Assembly: GCA_020442505.1 (NCBI GenBank)
Contig: JAGRJZ010000078.1
Span: 1 to 26,068, forward strand
Length of the DNA: 26,068 nt
Direction of reading: 5' to 3'
Source: Alphaproteobacteria bacterium
GTDB lineage: Bacteria > Pseudomonadota > Alphaproteobacteria > Micavibrionales > Micavibrionaceae
In this document: one piece after another, positions 1 through 8,523 of the stretch
Position numbering within the stretch: the first letter of the stretch is position 1
Layout: every line of letters begins with the position of its first letter
Program-made: the position numbers and the translations under genes
Notes under the pieces: generated by a model
The model's database searches: none
What the model was told of the DNA's origin: nothing
Seen by the model: only the letters and a program-made list of their open reading frames with translations

Positions 1-1
1 G

Positions 2-955
2 ATACGTTTTTTATCTCTGTGCCTTGTCTGTGTGTTTTTTGTCGCCGTGGCGATCCTTCCTCCGCCGGCCTTTGCGCTTTCCCGGAGCGAAGGAATTGCT
101 GCCGTTGTGAATGATGGCGCCGTCTCCGAAACCGATCTCGCCGAGCGGATGAGCCTGATCATTGTTTCCTCCGGCATGCCGGACACAAGCGAAACCCGGG
201 ACCGAATCCAGAGCCAGATTCTGGATGTCTTGATCGAGGAACAGATCAAACTTCAGGAAGCCGCGCGTTTGGATCTGACGGTTGAGGACGAGGAGGTCGA
301 CTCGGCTTTTGCCGCTCTGGCTCAATCGAACAACTTTACTCCGGAACAATTTGTCTCCGTTCTTGAGAAAGAGAAAATCGCGCCGTATACCCTGCGGGAC
401 CAAATCAAGGCCAATCTCGCTTGGTCTAAAGTTGTGCAGGAAAAACTGCAGCCAGCGATTACTATCACGGATAACGAGGTCGACGCGATGCTAGCGCGGC
501 TTGCGGCCGGGATCGGGAAGAACGAATACATGGTCTCTGAAATTTTTTTGCCCGTCGATCATCCCGCCGATGAGCCGGAGGTCAAAAAACTCGCGGAAAA
601 GTTGACGCGGGAATTGTTGGACCAGAAAGTGCCTTTCCCGAAAATCGCAAGACAATTCTCGCAATCCGCAGGGGCCTCAAGCGGCGGGGATATGGGCTGG
701 ATCCAGGAAGGGACTCTATCCACTGAAATTGACGAGGTTCTCGCGAAGATGGAAGAGGGAGATTTAAGCAAGCCCATCCGTAGCGCCGCAGGATATCATA
801 TTGTCTATCTGCGCAAAAAACGGACGATTACGGAGGATTCCATGCCGAGCCGTCCGGGGCTGATGCACAAGATGGGGCTGGCCGAGTTGGAGCGCCGTGC
901 GCGCCGTTATATGCTGGATCTGAAGGCGGCGGCCTTGATTGATAAACGGATTTAA
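2..955 (+). CDS. surA: SurA-family periplasmic chaperone / parvulin-type peptidyl-prolyl isomerase (5' end probably just outside the window)
   Basis: Frame is open from position 2 (IRFLSLCLVCVFFVAVAILPPPAFA, signal-peptide-like). SurA N-domain (IAAVVNDGAVSETDL) and one parvulin domain (FPKIARQFSQSAGASSGGDMGWI...PIRSAAGYHIV). Confidence 0.85.
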   Translation: MRFLSLCLVCVFFVAVAILPPPAFALSRSEGIAAVVNDGAVSETDLAERMSLIIVSSGMPDTSETRDRIQSQILDVLIEEQIKLQEAARLDLTVEDEEVDSAFAALAQSNNFTPEQFVSVLEKEKIAPYTLRDQIKANLAWSKVVQEKLQPAITITDNEVDAMLARLAAGIGKNEYMVSEIFLPVDHPADEPEVKKLAEKLTRELLDQKVPFPKIARQFSQSAGASSGGDMGWIQEGTLSTEIDEVLAKMEEGDLSKPIRSAAGYHIVYLRKKRTITEDSMPSRPGLMHKMGLAELERRARRYMLDLKAAALIDKRI

Positions 956-977
956 GTCCGCTTCGACGGCTTTGTGG

Positions 978-2024
978 CTATGCGGGAAAGACCGTCAAGA
1001 CAGCTTTTGTTATAAAAAATCCGCCGACCAGAAGCCAGACGAACAAAAAAAGCGCCAGCCAAAGCGGTTTCAGGCCGACATCTCTGAATTTCGAAAAACG
1101 GGTTTCCATTCCCAGCGCGCACATGGCCATGGTCAACAGGAAACCGTCCAGGTGGTTGATCCCGTCTACGATCCCCGGGGGAATGATGTCCAGAGAATGA
1201 ACCCCCGCCATGGCGATGAACAAAAGCGCGAACCAGGGAACGGCGACGGGCGCCTTGCCGCCGTTCTGCGTGTCGACGATTCGGGCCAAAATGGCTCCCA
1301 GAATCAGCAAAAACGGGGCCAGCATCATCACCCGGATCATCTTGACGATGACGGCCGTGTCGCCGGTTTCCGGACTGATCGCGTTCCCGGCGGCGACGAC
1401 GTGGGCAACCTCGTGAACCGATCCGCCGATATAAAGCCCGACATCGTGCAGATCAAGGGGGATTATTCCTGTTCGGTAAAGCAGCGGGACCAGAAACATC
1501 GCGAGCGTTCCGAACAGGACGACGGTCGCCACGGCCACGGTACTTTTCCAGGCAGCCGCCCGCACGACGCTTTCGGTGGCCAGAACCGCCGCCGCGCCGC
1601 AAATCGCGGCGCCCGCAGCCGTCAGAAGAGATAAGTCCCGGTCCATTTTCAGAACCCGCGTGCCAAAGGCCAGGCCCAGAAAAAAGGTCAAGCTCACCAT
1701 CGCGATACTGACGACGATTCCGCTGATCCCGACATTCAGGATGGTCTGAAAGGTAATTCGGAAACCGTACAGGACAATCGCGATCCGCAGGAGATTGCGG
1801 GCGGTGTAGTGAATCCCGGGATTCCAGCTTTCGGGCACGCGATGACGCGCCGTATTCGCGAAGATCATCCCGAGAACCATTCCTATGATCAGGGAATGCA
1901 GGTGCCAGGCCGTCATTTGAGGGATCATGGCAAGCGCGGTGGCCAGTGCCCCGAACAACGCGACAAATAGAACCCCTCTTGCCGTTCCCGGATCCCGAAA
2001 GACGGCGCCATAAGATACACTCAT
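978..2024 (-). CDS. yeiH: YeiH-family (putative sulfate exporter) inner-membrane transporter
   Basis: 348 aa multi-TM protein with family motifs LLRIAIVLYGFRI, GAAICGAAAVLA, GGSVHEVAHVVAAG, VIVKMIRVMML, LTMAMCALG. Confidence 0.85.
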   Translation of the reverse strand: MSVSYGAVFRDPGTARGVLFVALFGALATALAMIPQMTAWHLHSLIIGMVLGMIFANTARHRVPESWNPGIHYTARNLLRIAIVLYGFRITFQTILNVGISGIVVSIAMVSLTFFLGLAFGTRVLKMDRDLSLLTAAGAAICGAAAVLATESVVRAAAWKSTVAVATVVLFGTLAMFLVPLLYRTGIIPLDLHDVGLYIGGSVHEVAHVVAAGNAISPETGDTAVIVKMIRVMMLAPFLLILGAILARIVDTQNGGKAPVAVPWFALLFIAMAGVHSLDIIPPGIVDGINHLDGFLLTMAMCALGMETRFSKFRDVGLKPLWLALFLFVWLLVGGFFITKAVLTVFPA

Positions 2025-4060
2025 TCCGAACTCGCCGTTTTTTGCCTTTTTTTCTTGATGTAGTCATACGCGTTATAGGGCAATCGGACCGTCACCGTAG
2101 TCCCGACACCCAGGGTGGAGGCGATCTTCATCCGGCCGCCGTGCATTTCGGCAAGTTCCTTTGTGATGGCCAGCCCCAGGCCGGTTCCCTCATGCTCTCG
2201 CGTGTAATGGCTGGAGGCCTGTTCAAACGGCCGGGCGATATCCTTCAGGCGATGGGCCGGGATTCCGGCTCCCGTGTCGGAAACGGTCAGGAGAAGGTCG
2301 TCTTTCCGTTCTTGACAGCTGATCTGGACAACGCCGTCCGGTTGCGTGAATTTCAGGGCGTTTGAAAGCAGATTAAGCAAAATCTGCATAACAGCGCGCC
2401 GGTCGGCCACGATCTCCAGAGTTTCATTGTCGATCAGCGTCTCAAGCCTGATTTGCCCTTCCAGCGCGCGGCCTTCCATCATATGAGCAGCAAGATGAAC
2501 GACTTTGGCCAGATTAAGCTTTTCCAGATCCAGCTCGTATTTCCCGGCTTCGATCTTCGACATATCGAGAATATCGCTAATCAGATCGAGAAGGTGCTCC
2601 CCGCTCTCCCGGATGCCGGCGATGTAGTCCATGTATTTTTCAGTGCCGATGGGGCCCAAAAGCTGGCGCTGCATCATTTCGGAAAAACCGATGATGGCGT
2701 TGAGCGGGGTCCGGAGCTCGTGACTCATATTGGCCAGAAACTGAGACTTTGCGGCATAGGCGCGTTCGGCCGCTTCCTTGGCGGCGCGTAATTCCTGTTC
2801 ATGCCGCATTTGTTCGGTCATGTCCTGCATAATGCCGAACAGGGCGATCACGTCCCCGTCTTCGTCCATACGGCATTTACCCTCGCAGCGGATAAAACAC
2901 TCCGTTCCGTCGGATCGTACGATCCGGAAGTCCGTATCGTAGTTCGTCTGGGCGATAATGGCGCGCTGGAAGGCCTGAAGGAGCCGGCCGGCGTCTTCCT
3001 CCTTGTCGAGAAGCGCGTTGATGTTGTCGAGCGTCGGGATGAAGGTGCCTTTTTCTACCCCGAAAATCGCGTAGATCTGGTCGGACCATTCGAGGGCTTC
3101 TTCCCCGATCTTCCAGTACCAGTGCCCCATTCGCCCGATGGCCTGTGCTTCGGCGAGCTGTTCTTGCTGGCGGCGCAGGGCGGCTTCGTGTGTCTTGGTC
3201 GCGGTGATGTCCCGTCCAACGCTATAGATGAAATCGCCGACCCGTTTTTGACGCCATTCAAAGGAGCGGACGCTCTGATCCCGGGTGACGATACGGGTCT
3301 CGAAGGATATCATATCTCCGGCGGCGGTTTCGGCGTGAACAAGCCCATGCAGAAGCGCCCGGATATGAGGGCGGTCGTCGGGGTAGACTAGATCCATGAA
3401 GTTCATCCGGCGGAGGGCCTCGTCGTTATAGCCGAGAACGTCGTTGAAGGCTCGGTTGACCCGGGAAAAGGTCCCTTCCCGGGCCGCGATCGCCATGACT
3501 TCCCCGGACATGTTCAGGAAATGGCGCAGCTCTCCGTCTGACTGGCCGAGGGCCACCCCCGGCGTCGCCGTGCTTTCCGATTCCTGTCGTGCGCGGGCTT
3601 CGTCTACGACCAGGCGCAAAAAGCGCGTGGCGGCTTCTTTTTCCCGAATGTTTTCTCTGTCTGTCGGGTCCGTGAGCGCGCAGCCAACCATGAAGCGTCC
3701 GCCGTCCTCGGCCGTAACGCGGTCGAACTGGAGCGTTACAGGGGTTTTCCGCCCTGGCAGAAGGACCTTGTGAGCCCCCTCGCGCAGCGTGTCGACGAAC
3801 GCTCCTGCCGCGGGACCGAAGAGATTATGGCCTTTGAAGGCGGAATCAGGGTCCGCGAACGCGACAAGGTGTGAGAATCGTTTTCCCTCGGCTTGATCGC
3901 GTGTTTGATCGAGAAGCTGCGCAAACATAACGGTGGCGTGCACCAGCACTCCGTCCCGGTTGATTACGAAACGGGCCTCTTCTTTTTGTGGAAGAGCCTT
4001 TTTGCGGCGGGAGATTGCATCACGCGCGCGCGCTTCTTTTTTCGTGGCTTTGGCTGTCAT
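2021..4060 (-). CDS. Cytoplasmic multi-PAS sensor histidine kinase of the PleC/DivJ/PdhS type
   Basis: H-box FLANMSHELRTPLNAIIGFSEMM, N-box QILLNLLSNALKF, G1 VSDTGAGI, G2 GTGLGL. Two clear PAS domains plus a probable degenerate N-terminal one; no TM segment. ATG 4060 preferred over TTG 4144. Confidence 0.85.
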   Translation of the reverse strand: MTAKATKKEARARDAISRRKKALPQKEEARFVINRDGVLVHATVMFAQLLDQTRDQAEGKRFSHLVAFADPDSAFKGHNLFGPAAGAFVDTLREGAHKVLLPGRKTPVTLQFDRVTAEDGGRFMVGCALTDPTDRENIREKEAATRFLRLVVDEARARQESESTATPGVALGQSDGELRHFLNMSGEVMAIAAREGTFSRVNRAFNDVLGYNDEALRRMNFMDLVYPDDRPHIRALLHGLVHAETAAGDMISFETRIVTRDQSVRSFEWRQKRVGDFIYSVGRDITATKTHEAALRRQQEQLAEAQAIGRMGHWYWKIGEEALEWSDQIYAIFGVEKGTFIPTLDNINALLDKEEDAGRLLQAFQRAIIAQTNYDTDFRIVRSDGTECFIRCEGKCRMDEDGDVIALFGIMQDMTEQMRHEQELRAAKEAAERAYAAKSQFLANMSHELRTPLNAIIGFSEMMQRQLLGPIGTEKYMDYIAGIRESGEHLLDLISDILDMSKIEAGKYELDLEKLNLAKVVHLAAHMMEGRALEGQIRLETLIDNETLEIVADRRAVMQILLNLLSNALKFTQPDGVVQISCQERKDDLLLTVSDTGAGIPAHRLKDIARPFEQASSHYTREHEGTGLGLAITKELAEMHGGRMKIASTLGVGTTVTVRLPYNAYDYIKKKRQKTASSE

Positions 4061-4213
4061 CTTAGCAATCGGAGTCTTGGTGGAAGAAAGCAATATCAAC
4101 CAGTTGCTGCGTATAACATAATATACACAGGGGTTCGACGGCAAGCTTTTTAGGGTAAAGAAGAGCAGATTTTATGGACTTTTAAAAGAAAATGCCGTAT
4201 TCCACCTTCTGTT

Positions 4214-6145
4214 ATGCCCTCCTATCGCAAAACCGGGACCAGAAAAACGGCTTGCGGCCTTTTTGTTCTGGCGTTTTTGGCGATCGCCGTGAAGCCTGTT
4301 TTGGCTGTTGCGCGCGTTCCCGTTCCGCCGCACAAGCCGGTCGTCCTGGTGAAGGATCCCGTTAAAACGGGCGCTGTCCCTCTGCCCGGAAGGCGTCCTT
4401 TGTCCACAAAGGGACTGCCGCTTTCAGCGGATAACGCGCTGCTTTACAGGAAAATATTTGCGTTTCAAGCCGTTGGGAACTGGAAAGACGCCGATGCGCT
4501 TTTTCCCCTGCTGACCGATATGCGTTTGCGCGGGCACATGTTGTTTCAGCGCTACATGCATCCAACGGGCTATCAGGCAAGCTTCGAAGAGCTCGCCGGG
4601 TGGCTGGATCTTTATGCCGATCATCCCGGTGCGGACCGGGTCTATAAGCTGGCTCTGGCTCGCATGCCGGCTGATTTTTATGGGACGCTTGCAAAACCGC
4701 GTCAGGGAAGCGGTGTGTCCGGGTATCTCGGTGTGATTCATGATCGCGAGAGGGCTTACCGTTCTTCCCGGACGAGAACCCGGACACAGAACGATGCTGT
4801 CGAGGCGCTGGCGGCCGCGATTCGAGCCGATCTATCACGCGGGGCGCCGACCAGGGCTTATGGCCGGTTGCAGGACGACGATCGGGCGGCTCTGCTGGAC
4901 GATGTCGAATATGACCGTTTGCAGGCCCAGATCGCCGGCAGCTACATGCTGACAGGCTATCCGGACAAGGCGCTTTTGTTGGCGATGAAAAGCGCTGATC
5001 GTGCGGGGGAGAAAGCCCCTGATGCCGGTTGGTTCGGGGGGCTCAGCGCGTGGCGATTGGGAGATTATAAAACGGCCGCAAGGCTTTTCGAACAAACGGC
5101 TGAGTCGGATTACGTTTCCTCATGGACGGCCGCTGCCGGGGCTTATTGGGCCGCGCGGGCGCATATGCGGGCGGGGGATGTACGGGAATCGTCCCGTTGC
5201 CTGCAAAAGGCGGCAACGAATCCCCGGACTTTCTATGGTTTGATCGCAACACGCGCGCTGGGGTGGGATTTTGATTTTAATTGGACATTGCCTGCGACCG
5301 ATTCCGGTTCGGATAAAGGTGAAAAGATGCTCCCCGGAATCGCGCGAGCCATGGCGTTGGTGGCGGCAGGCCAGTATCACTGGGCCGAAGACGAGCTGCG
5401 CAATCTGGATTATGGGCGCGATGGGGCCCTCCATCCTTTTCTTTTGGCCTATACGCAAAAGGTCGGGTTGCCGGCTTTTTCCATGCGGTTGGGGGAAGCC
5501 GTCTCCCCCCCCGAAGGCGGGCTGTACGACGCGGCGCTTTATCCCGTTGCCCCGTGGGAGCCTCTTGGTGGCTACACCGTTGACCGGGCCTTGATTTACG
5601 CTCTGATTCGGCAGGAATCACGATTTGATCCGGAGGCTGAGAACAAGAACAGTGGCGCGACGGGGCTGATGCAGCTGATGCCCCAGACAGCGGGCTATGT
5701 CGCGGGCGACCGGGATTTTCGAAGCAAGACGGGCCGTTATGCTTTGAAAGACCCACAAACCAATCTGGCCATCGGTCAGCGTTACGTGGCGGACCTGCTA
5801 GGGCAGGACGCCATCGGCGGGGATCTTTTTTCCCTGTTGATTGCATATAACGCGGGACCGGGAAACCTCCGAAAATGGAAACGGACGTTGGCGGACATTC
5901 AGGATGATCCGCTTTTATTCATTGAAACCGTCCCCATGGCTGAAACCCGTGCCTTTGTCGAGCGTGTCATGGCCAATGCTTGGATTTACCGTCTGCGGTT
6001 GGGACAGGATACGCCTTCCCTGGATACCGTGGCGGAGGGTGGCTGGGCCCGCTATGTCGCCCTGGATGGTCGCCGTTTTGCGGAATCGACCGAAAAGCCT
6101 TCCCGTCCTCGGAGAACCCGGAAAGATCGTTACAGCTACAATTGA
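4214..6145 (+). CDS. Soluble lytic murein transglycosylase (Slt domain, helical-repeat N-terminus)
   Basis: Signal-peptide-like N-terminus. Catalytic motifs LIRQESRF, GATGLMQLMP, AYNAGPG and ETRAFV. Confidence 0.9.
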   Translation: MPSYRKTGTRKTACGLFVLAFLAIAVKPVLAVARVPVPPHKPVVLVKDPVKTGAVPLPGRRPLSTKGLPLSADNALLYRKIFAFQAVGNWKDADALFPLLTDMRLRGHMLFQRYMHPTGYQASFEELAGWLDLYADHPGADRVYKLALARMPADFYGTLAKPRQGSGVSGYLGVIHDRERAYRSSRTRTRTQNDAVEALAAAIRADLSRGAPTRAYGRLQDDDRAALLDDVEYDRLQAQIAGSYMLTGYPDKALLLAMKSADRAGEKAPDAGWFGGLSAWRLGDYKTAARLFEQTAESDYVSSWTAAAGAYWAARAHMRAGDVRESSRCLQKAATNPRTFYGLIATRALGWDFDFNWTLPATDSGSDKGEKMLPGIARAMALVAAGQYHWAEDELRNLDYGRDGALHPFLLAYTQKVGLPAFSMRLGEAVSPPEGGLYDAALYPVAPWEPLGGYTVDRALIYALIRQESRFDPEAENKNSGATGLMQLMPQTAGYVAGDRDFRSKTGRYALKDPQTNLAIGQRYVADLLGQDAIGGDLFSLLIAYNAGPGNLRKWKRTLADIQDDPLLFIETVPMAETRAFVERVMANAWIYRLRLGQDTPSLDTVAEGGWARYVALDGRRFAESTEKPSRPRRTRKDRYSYN

Positions 6146-6227
6146 TCCGGTCTTCGGAAAAACGGTGGGCTCGCTGCGCGTTTGAAAGCTTTGCTTGGGT
6201 GGTTCTTCGTGGTACAAAGGCTGCACC

Positions 6228-7655
6228 ATGACAGATTTTTCCTCTCATCCTGCCTTTGAGCCTGCGCCCTATAAACTGGATCCCGAGATTTTGCGGGAAT
6301 ACGACATACGCGGAACGGTCGATAAAAATTTCCGGCCGGACGATGCGTTTGCGGTCGGTTGCGCTTTTGGGACGATGATTCGCCGCCGGGGCGGGACTCG
6401 GGCATGTGTCGGCTATGACGGCCGGGCCAGTTCGCCGGCGCTTGCGGAGGCCATGATCGCCGGGCTGGTCGCGACCGGGTTGATGGTTGAAAATATCGGG
6501 TTGGGGCCCTCTCCCATGCTGGATTTTGCCCTGAAGGACCGGATGGCTGACGGCGGCGTGATGATCACCGGTTCCCACAACCCGCCCTCTTATAACGGGT
6601 TCAAGTTAACGTACCAAAGCGGGCCGCTTTACGGCGATGCGATCCAGGACGTCGGAAGAATCGCGGCGGCCGGTGATTTTGCAAGCGGCGCCGGAGGCGT
6701 CCAGACGATCGACGTACGCGGTGCCTATGTTGATCGTTTGCTCCGGGATTTTGACGGGCGACCGGATCTGAAAATCGCCTGGGATTGTGGAAACGGGGCC
6801 ACGGGCGAGATCGTACGGCGCCTGACGGCGCGTTTGCCGGGGACGCATATCTTGCTCTTTGACGAGATCGACGGGACGTTTCCCAACCACCATCCGGATC
6901 CGAATGTCGATGCGAATCTGGCGGATTTAATCCGGACGGTACGGGAGGAAGGCTGCGATCTCGGTGTGGCCTTCGACGGGGACGGCGACCGGATCGGGGC
7001 GGTCGATGAGCAGGGCACGATTATCCGTTGTGATACACTTATTGCCGTTTATGCTGCCGAGATTTTAGATGAATATCCCGGCGCGACGATCATTGGCGAC
7101 GTCAAATGCAGCCAGGTCATGTACGACGAAATCGCGCGTCTCGGCGGCCGTCCCCTGATGGGAAAAACCGGCCGCTCTCTGATCAAGGCGCAGATGATTG
7201 CTGAGAAGGCCCCGCTGGCGGGGGAGTTTAGCGGCCATATTTTCTTTGCCGATAAGTGGCACGGCGCGGATGACGGGATTTATTGCGCTATTCGTTTGCT
7301 GAATGTTGTAAGCGACCATGACGGCCCGGCGTCTTCTCTGACGGCGCATTTGCCGCGGACTTGCCACACACCGGAGGTGCGGTTTGAGGTGGATGAATCT
7401 GAAAAATTCGGGTTGATCGACAAGGTCGTGGCTGCCATGAAAGCCCGTGAGTCGGGGGATCTGTCCGTCGGTGACGTGGACGGTGCCCGGGTTGCTACGC
7501 CGGACGGCTGGTGGCTCTTGCGTGCGTCGAACACCCAAAACGCCCTGACGACCCGGGTCGAAGCAACGACTTCGGAAGGATTAGGCCGGTTGAAGGCTAT
7601 GCTAATGGCCGAGGTAAAAAAATTAGGCTACGATGTAACCTTCCCGGATCACTGA
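6228..7655 (+). CDS. Phosphomannomutase/phosphoglucomutase
   Basis: REYDIRG, phosphoserine motif TGSHNP, metal loop FDGDGDR, GEFSGH, LRASNTQ. ATG 6228 preferred over TTG 6195. Confidence 0.92.
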   Translation: MTDFSSHPAFEPAPYKLDPEILREYDIRGTVDKNFRPDDAFAVGCAFGTMIRRRGGTRACVGYDGRASSPALAEAMIAGLVATGLMVENIGLGPSPMLDFALKDRMADGGVMITGSHNPPSYNGFKLTYQSGPLYGDAIQDVGRIAAAGDFASGAGGVQTIDVRGAYVDRLLRDFDGRPDLKIAWDCGNGATGEIVRRLTARLPGTHILLFDEIDGTFPNHHPDPNVDANLADLIRTVREEGCDLGVAFDGDGDRIGAVDEQGTIIRCDTLIAVYAAEILDEYPGATIIGDVKCSQVMYDEIARLGGRPLMGKTGRSLIKAQMIAEKAPLAGEFSGHIFFADKWHGADDGIYCAIRLLNVVSDHDGPASSLTAHLPRTCHTPEVRFEVDESEKFGLIDKVVAAMKARESGDLSVGDVDGARVATPDGWWLLRASNTQNALTTRVEATTSEGLGRLKAMLMAEVKKLGYDVTFPDH

Positions 7656-7674
7656 GTGGCCGGCGGGTTTGTAA

Positions 7675-8328
7675 ATGAAGGGAATAGGCGCAGTGAATAC
7701 AACGATCCTGGAGCTTTTGGCTTCACGTATTTGCCATGATCTGATCAGCCCCGTGGGCGCGATTCACAACGGTATTGAGTTCATGGAAGAAATGGGAGAG
7801 GCCGGTAATTGCAAGGAGGCTCTTTCGCTCATCATGCATAGCGCGGGCCAGGCATCGGCGCGACTGCAGATGTTTCGTCTGGTTTACGGCCTGGGCGGGC
7901 GTGATTCTCATATCAAGCCCGAGGATGCCCACAAGGCGTTTGGAAACATGATCGCTGCCGATGGTCGGGTGACACAGGAGTGGGATCCGCATGCGGAGCT
8001 GGGCTTCGGAGAGGCCCTTCCCGAGGGGTACGCGAAGATTTTGGCTGGCACGTTGATGCTGGCGGCGGAATGTCTTCCCAAGGGAGGGGTTGTGATGGTG
8101 AGCGGCGATTCGCAATCGGCTGCGACTCGTGTCATCGCCCGGGGAACGAACGCTGCGCCACGCGAATATGCGGAAGAAGCGTTGATTCATTTGCTTCCTG
8201 TGTCGGATGTTGACCCCCGGTTGGTGCATCCGTATGTCATGGGGCTTTTATGCAAGGAGTATGGTTTTTCCTTGGTTATTGAACAGAATGCCTCCGATCA
8301 AGTCGATCTTCTTTTGTCCCGTAGCTGA
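7675..8328 (+). CDS. chpT: Histidine phosphotransferase ChpT
   Basis: LASRICHDLISPVGAIHNGIE phospho-His motif followed by a degenerate CA domain (AECLPKGG); 217 aa. Alternative GTG start at 7693. Confidence 0.88.
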   Translation: MKGIGAVNTTILELLASRICHDLISPVGAIHNGIEFMEEMGEAGNCKEALSLIMHSAGQASARLQMFRLVYGLGGRDSHIKPEDAHKAFGNMIAADGRVTQEWDPHAELGFGEALPEGYAKILAGTLMLAAECLPKGGVVMVSGDSQSAATRVIARGTNAAPREYAEEALIHLLPVSDVDPRLVHPYVMGLLCKEYGFSLVIEQNASDQVDLLLSRS

Positions 8329-8337
8329 ACTTTCGCC

Positions 8338-8366
8338 AAAAAACGCTCTGAAAACGGAGTTTTTTT
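8338..8366 (+). terminator. Possible intrinsic terminator after chpT
   Basis: ctctg-aaaa-cggag stem (one G:U pair) flanked by an A-run and a 7-T run, 10 bp after the chpT stop. The stem is short. Confidence 0.45.
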
Positions 8367-8390
8367 GTGTACAATGACCAGCGGTGGCCC

Positions 8391-8406
8391 GTAACGGGTC
8401 ATTAAC
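8391..8406 (+). promoter_or_regulatory. Putative CtrA binding site upstream of cheA
   Basis: GTAA-CGGGTCA-TTAAC matches 8 of 9 positions of TTAA-N7-TTAAC with exact spacing, about 120 bp upstream of the cheA ATG. Confidence 0.6.
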
Positions 8407-8523
8407 AGTCTTTTGCTATTTTTCGGATATACGCCACCGGATTGGTTTTTATCAACCACAGAAGGGCGACTGCGGTTGGCGTGTTCCACCTTCGTTTATA
8501 GCCATTTGTGTGGGGAGAGCATT

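Noticed and set aside
939-1634. 231-aa ORF opposite yeiH
   Set aside because: Antisense shadow of a hydrophobic membrane-protein gene, giving the expected Q/R/H/D-rich junk translation.
4108-4130. gtata-acataa-tatac inverted repeat in the kinase/transglycosylase divergent region
   Set aside because: Only 5-bp arms in AT-rich DNA; cannot be assigned to a regulator and is expected by chance.
8413-8523. In-frame 37-aa N-terminal extension of CheA
   Set aside because: TTG start without an RBS, whereas ATG 8524 has ggggag and begins the canonical MDDLIAEFL Hpt domain.
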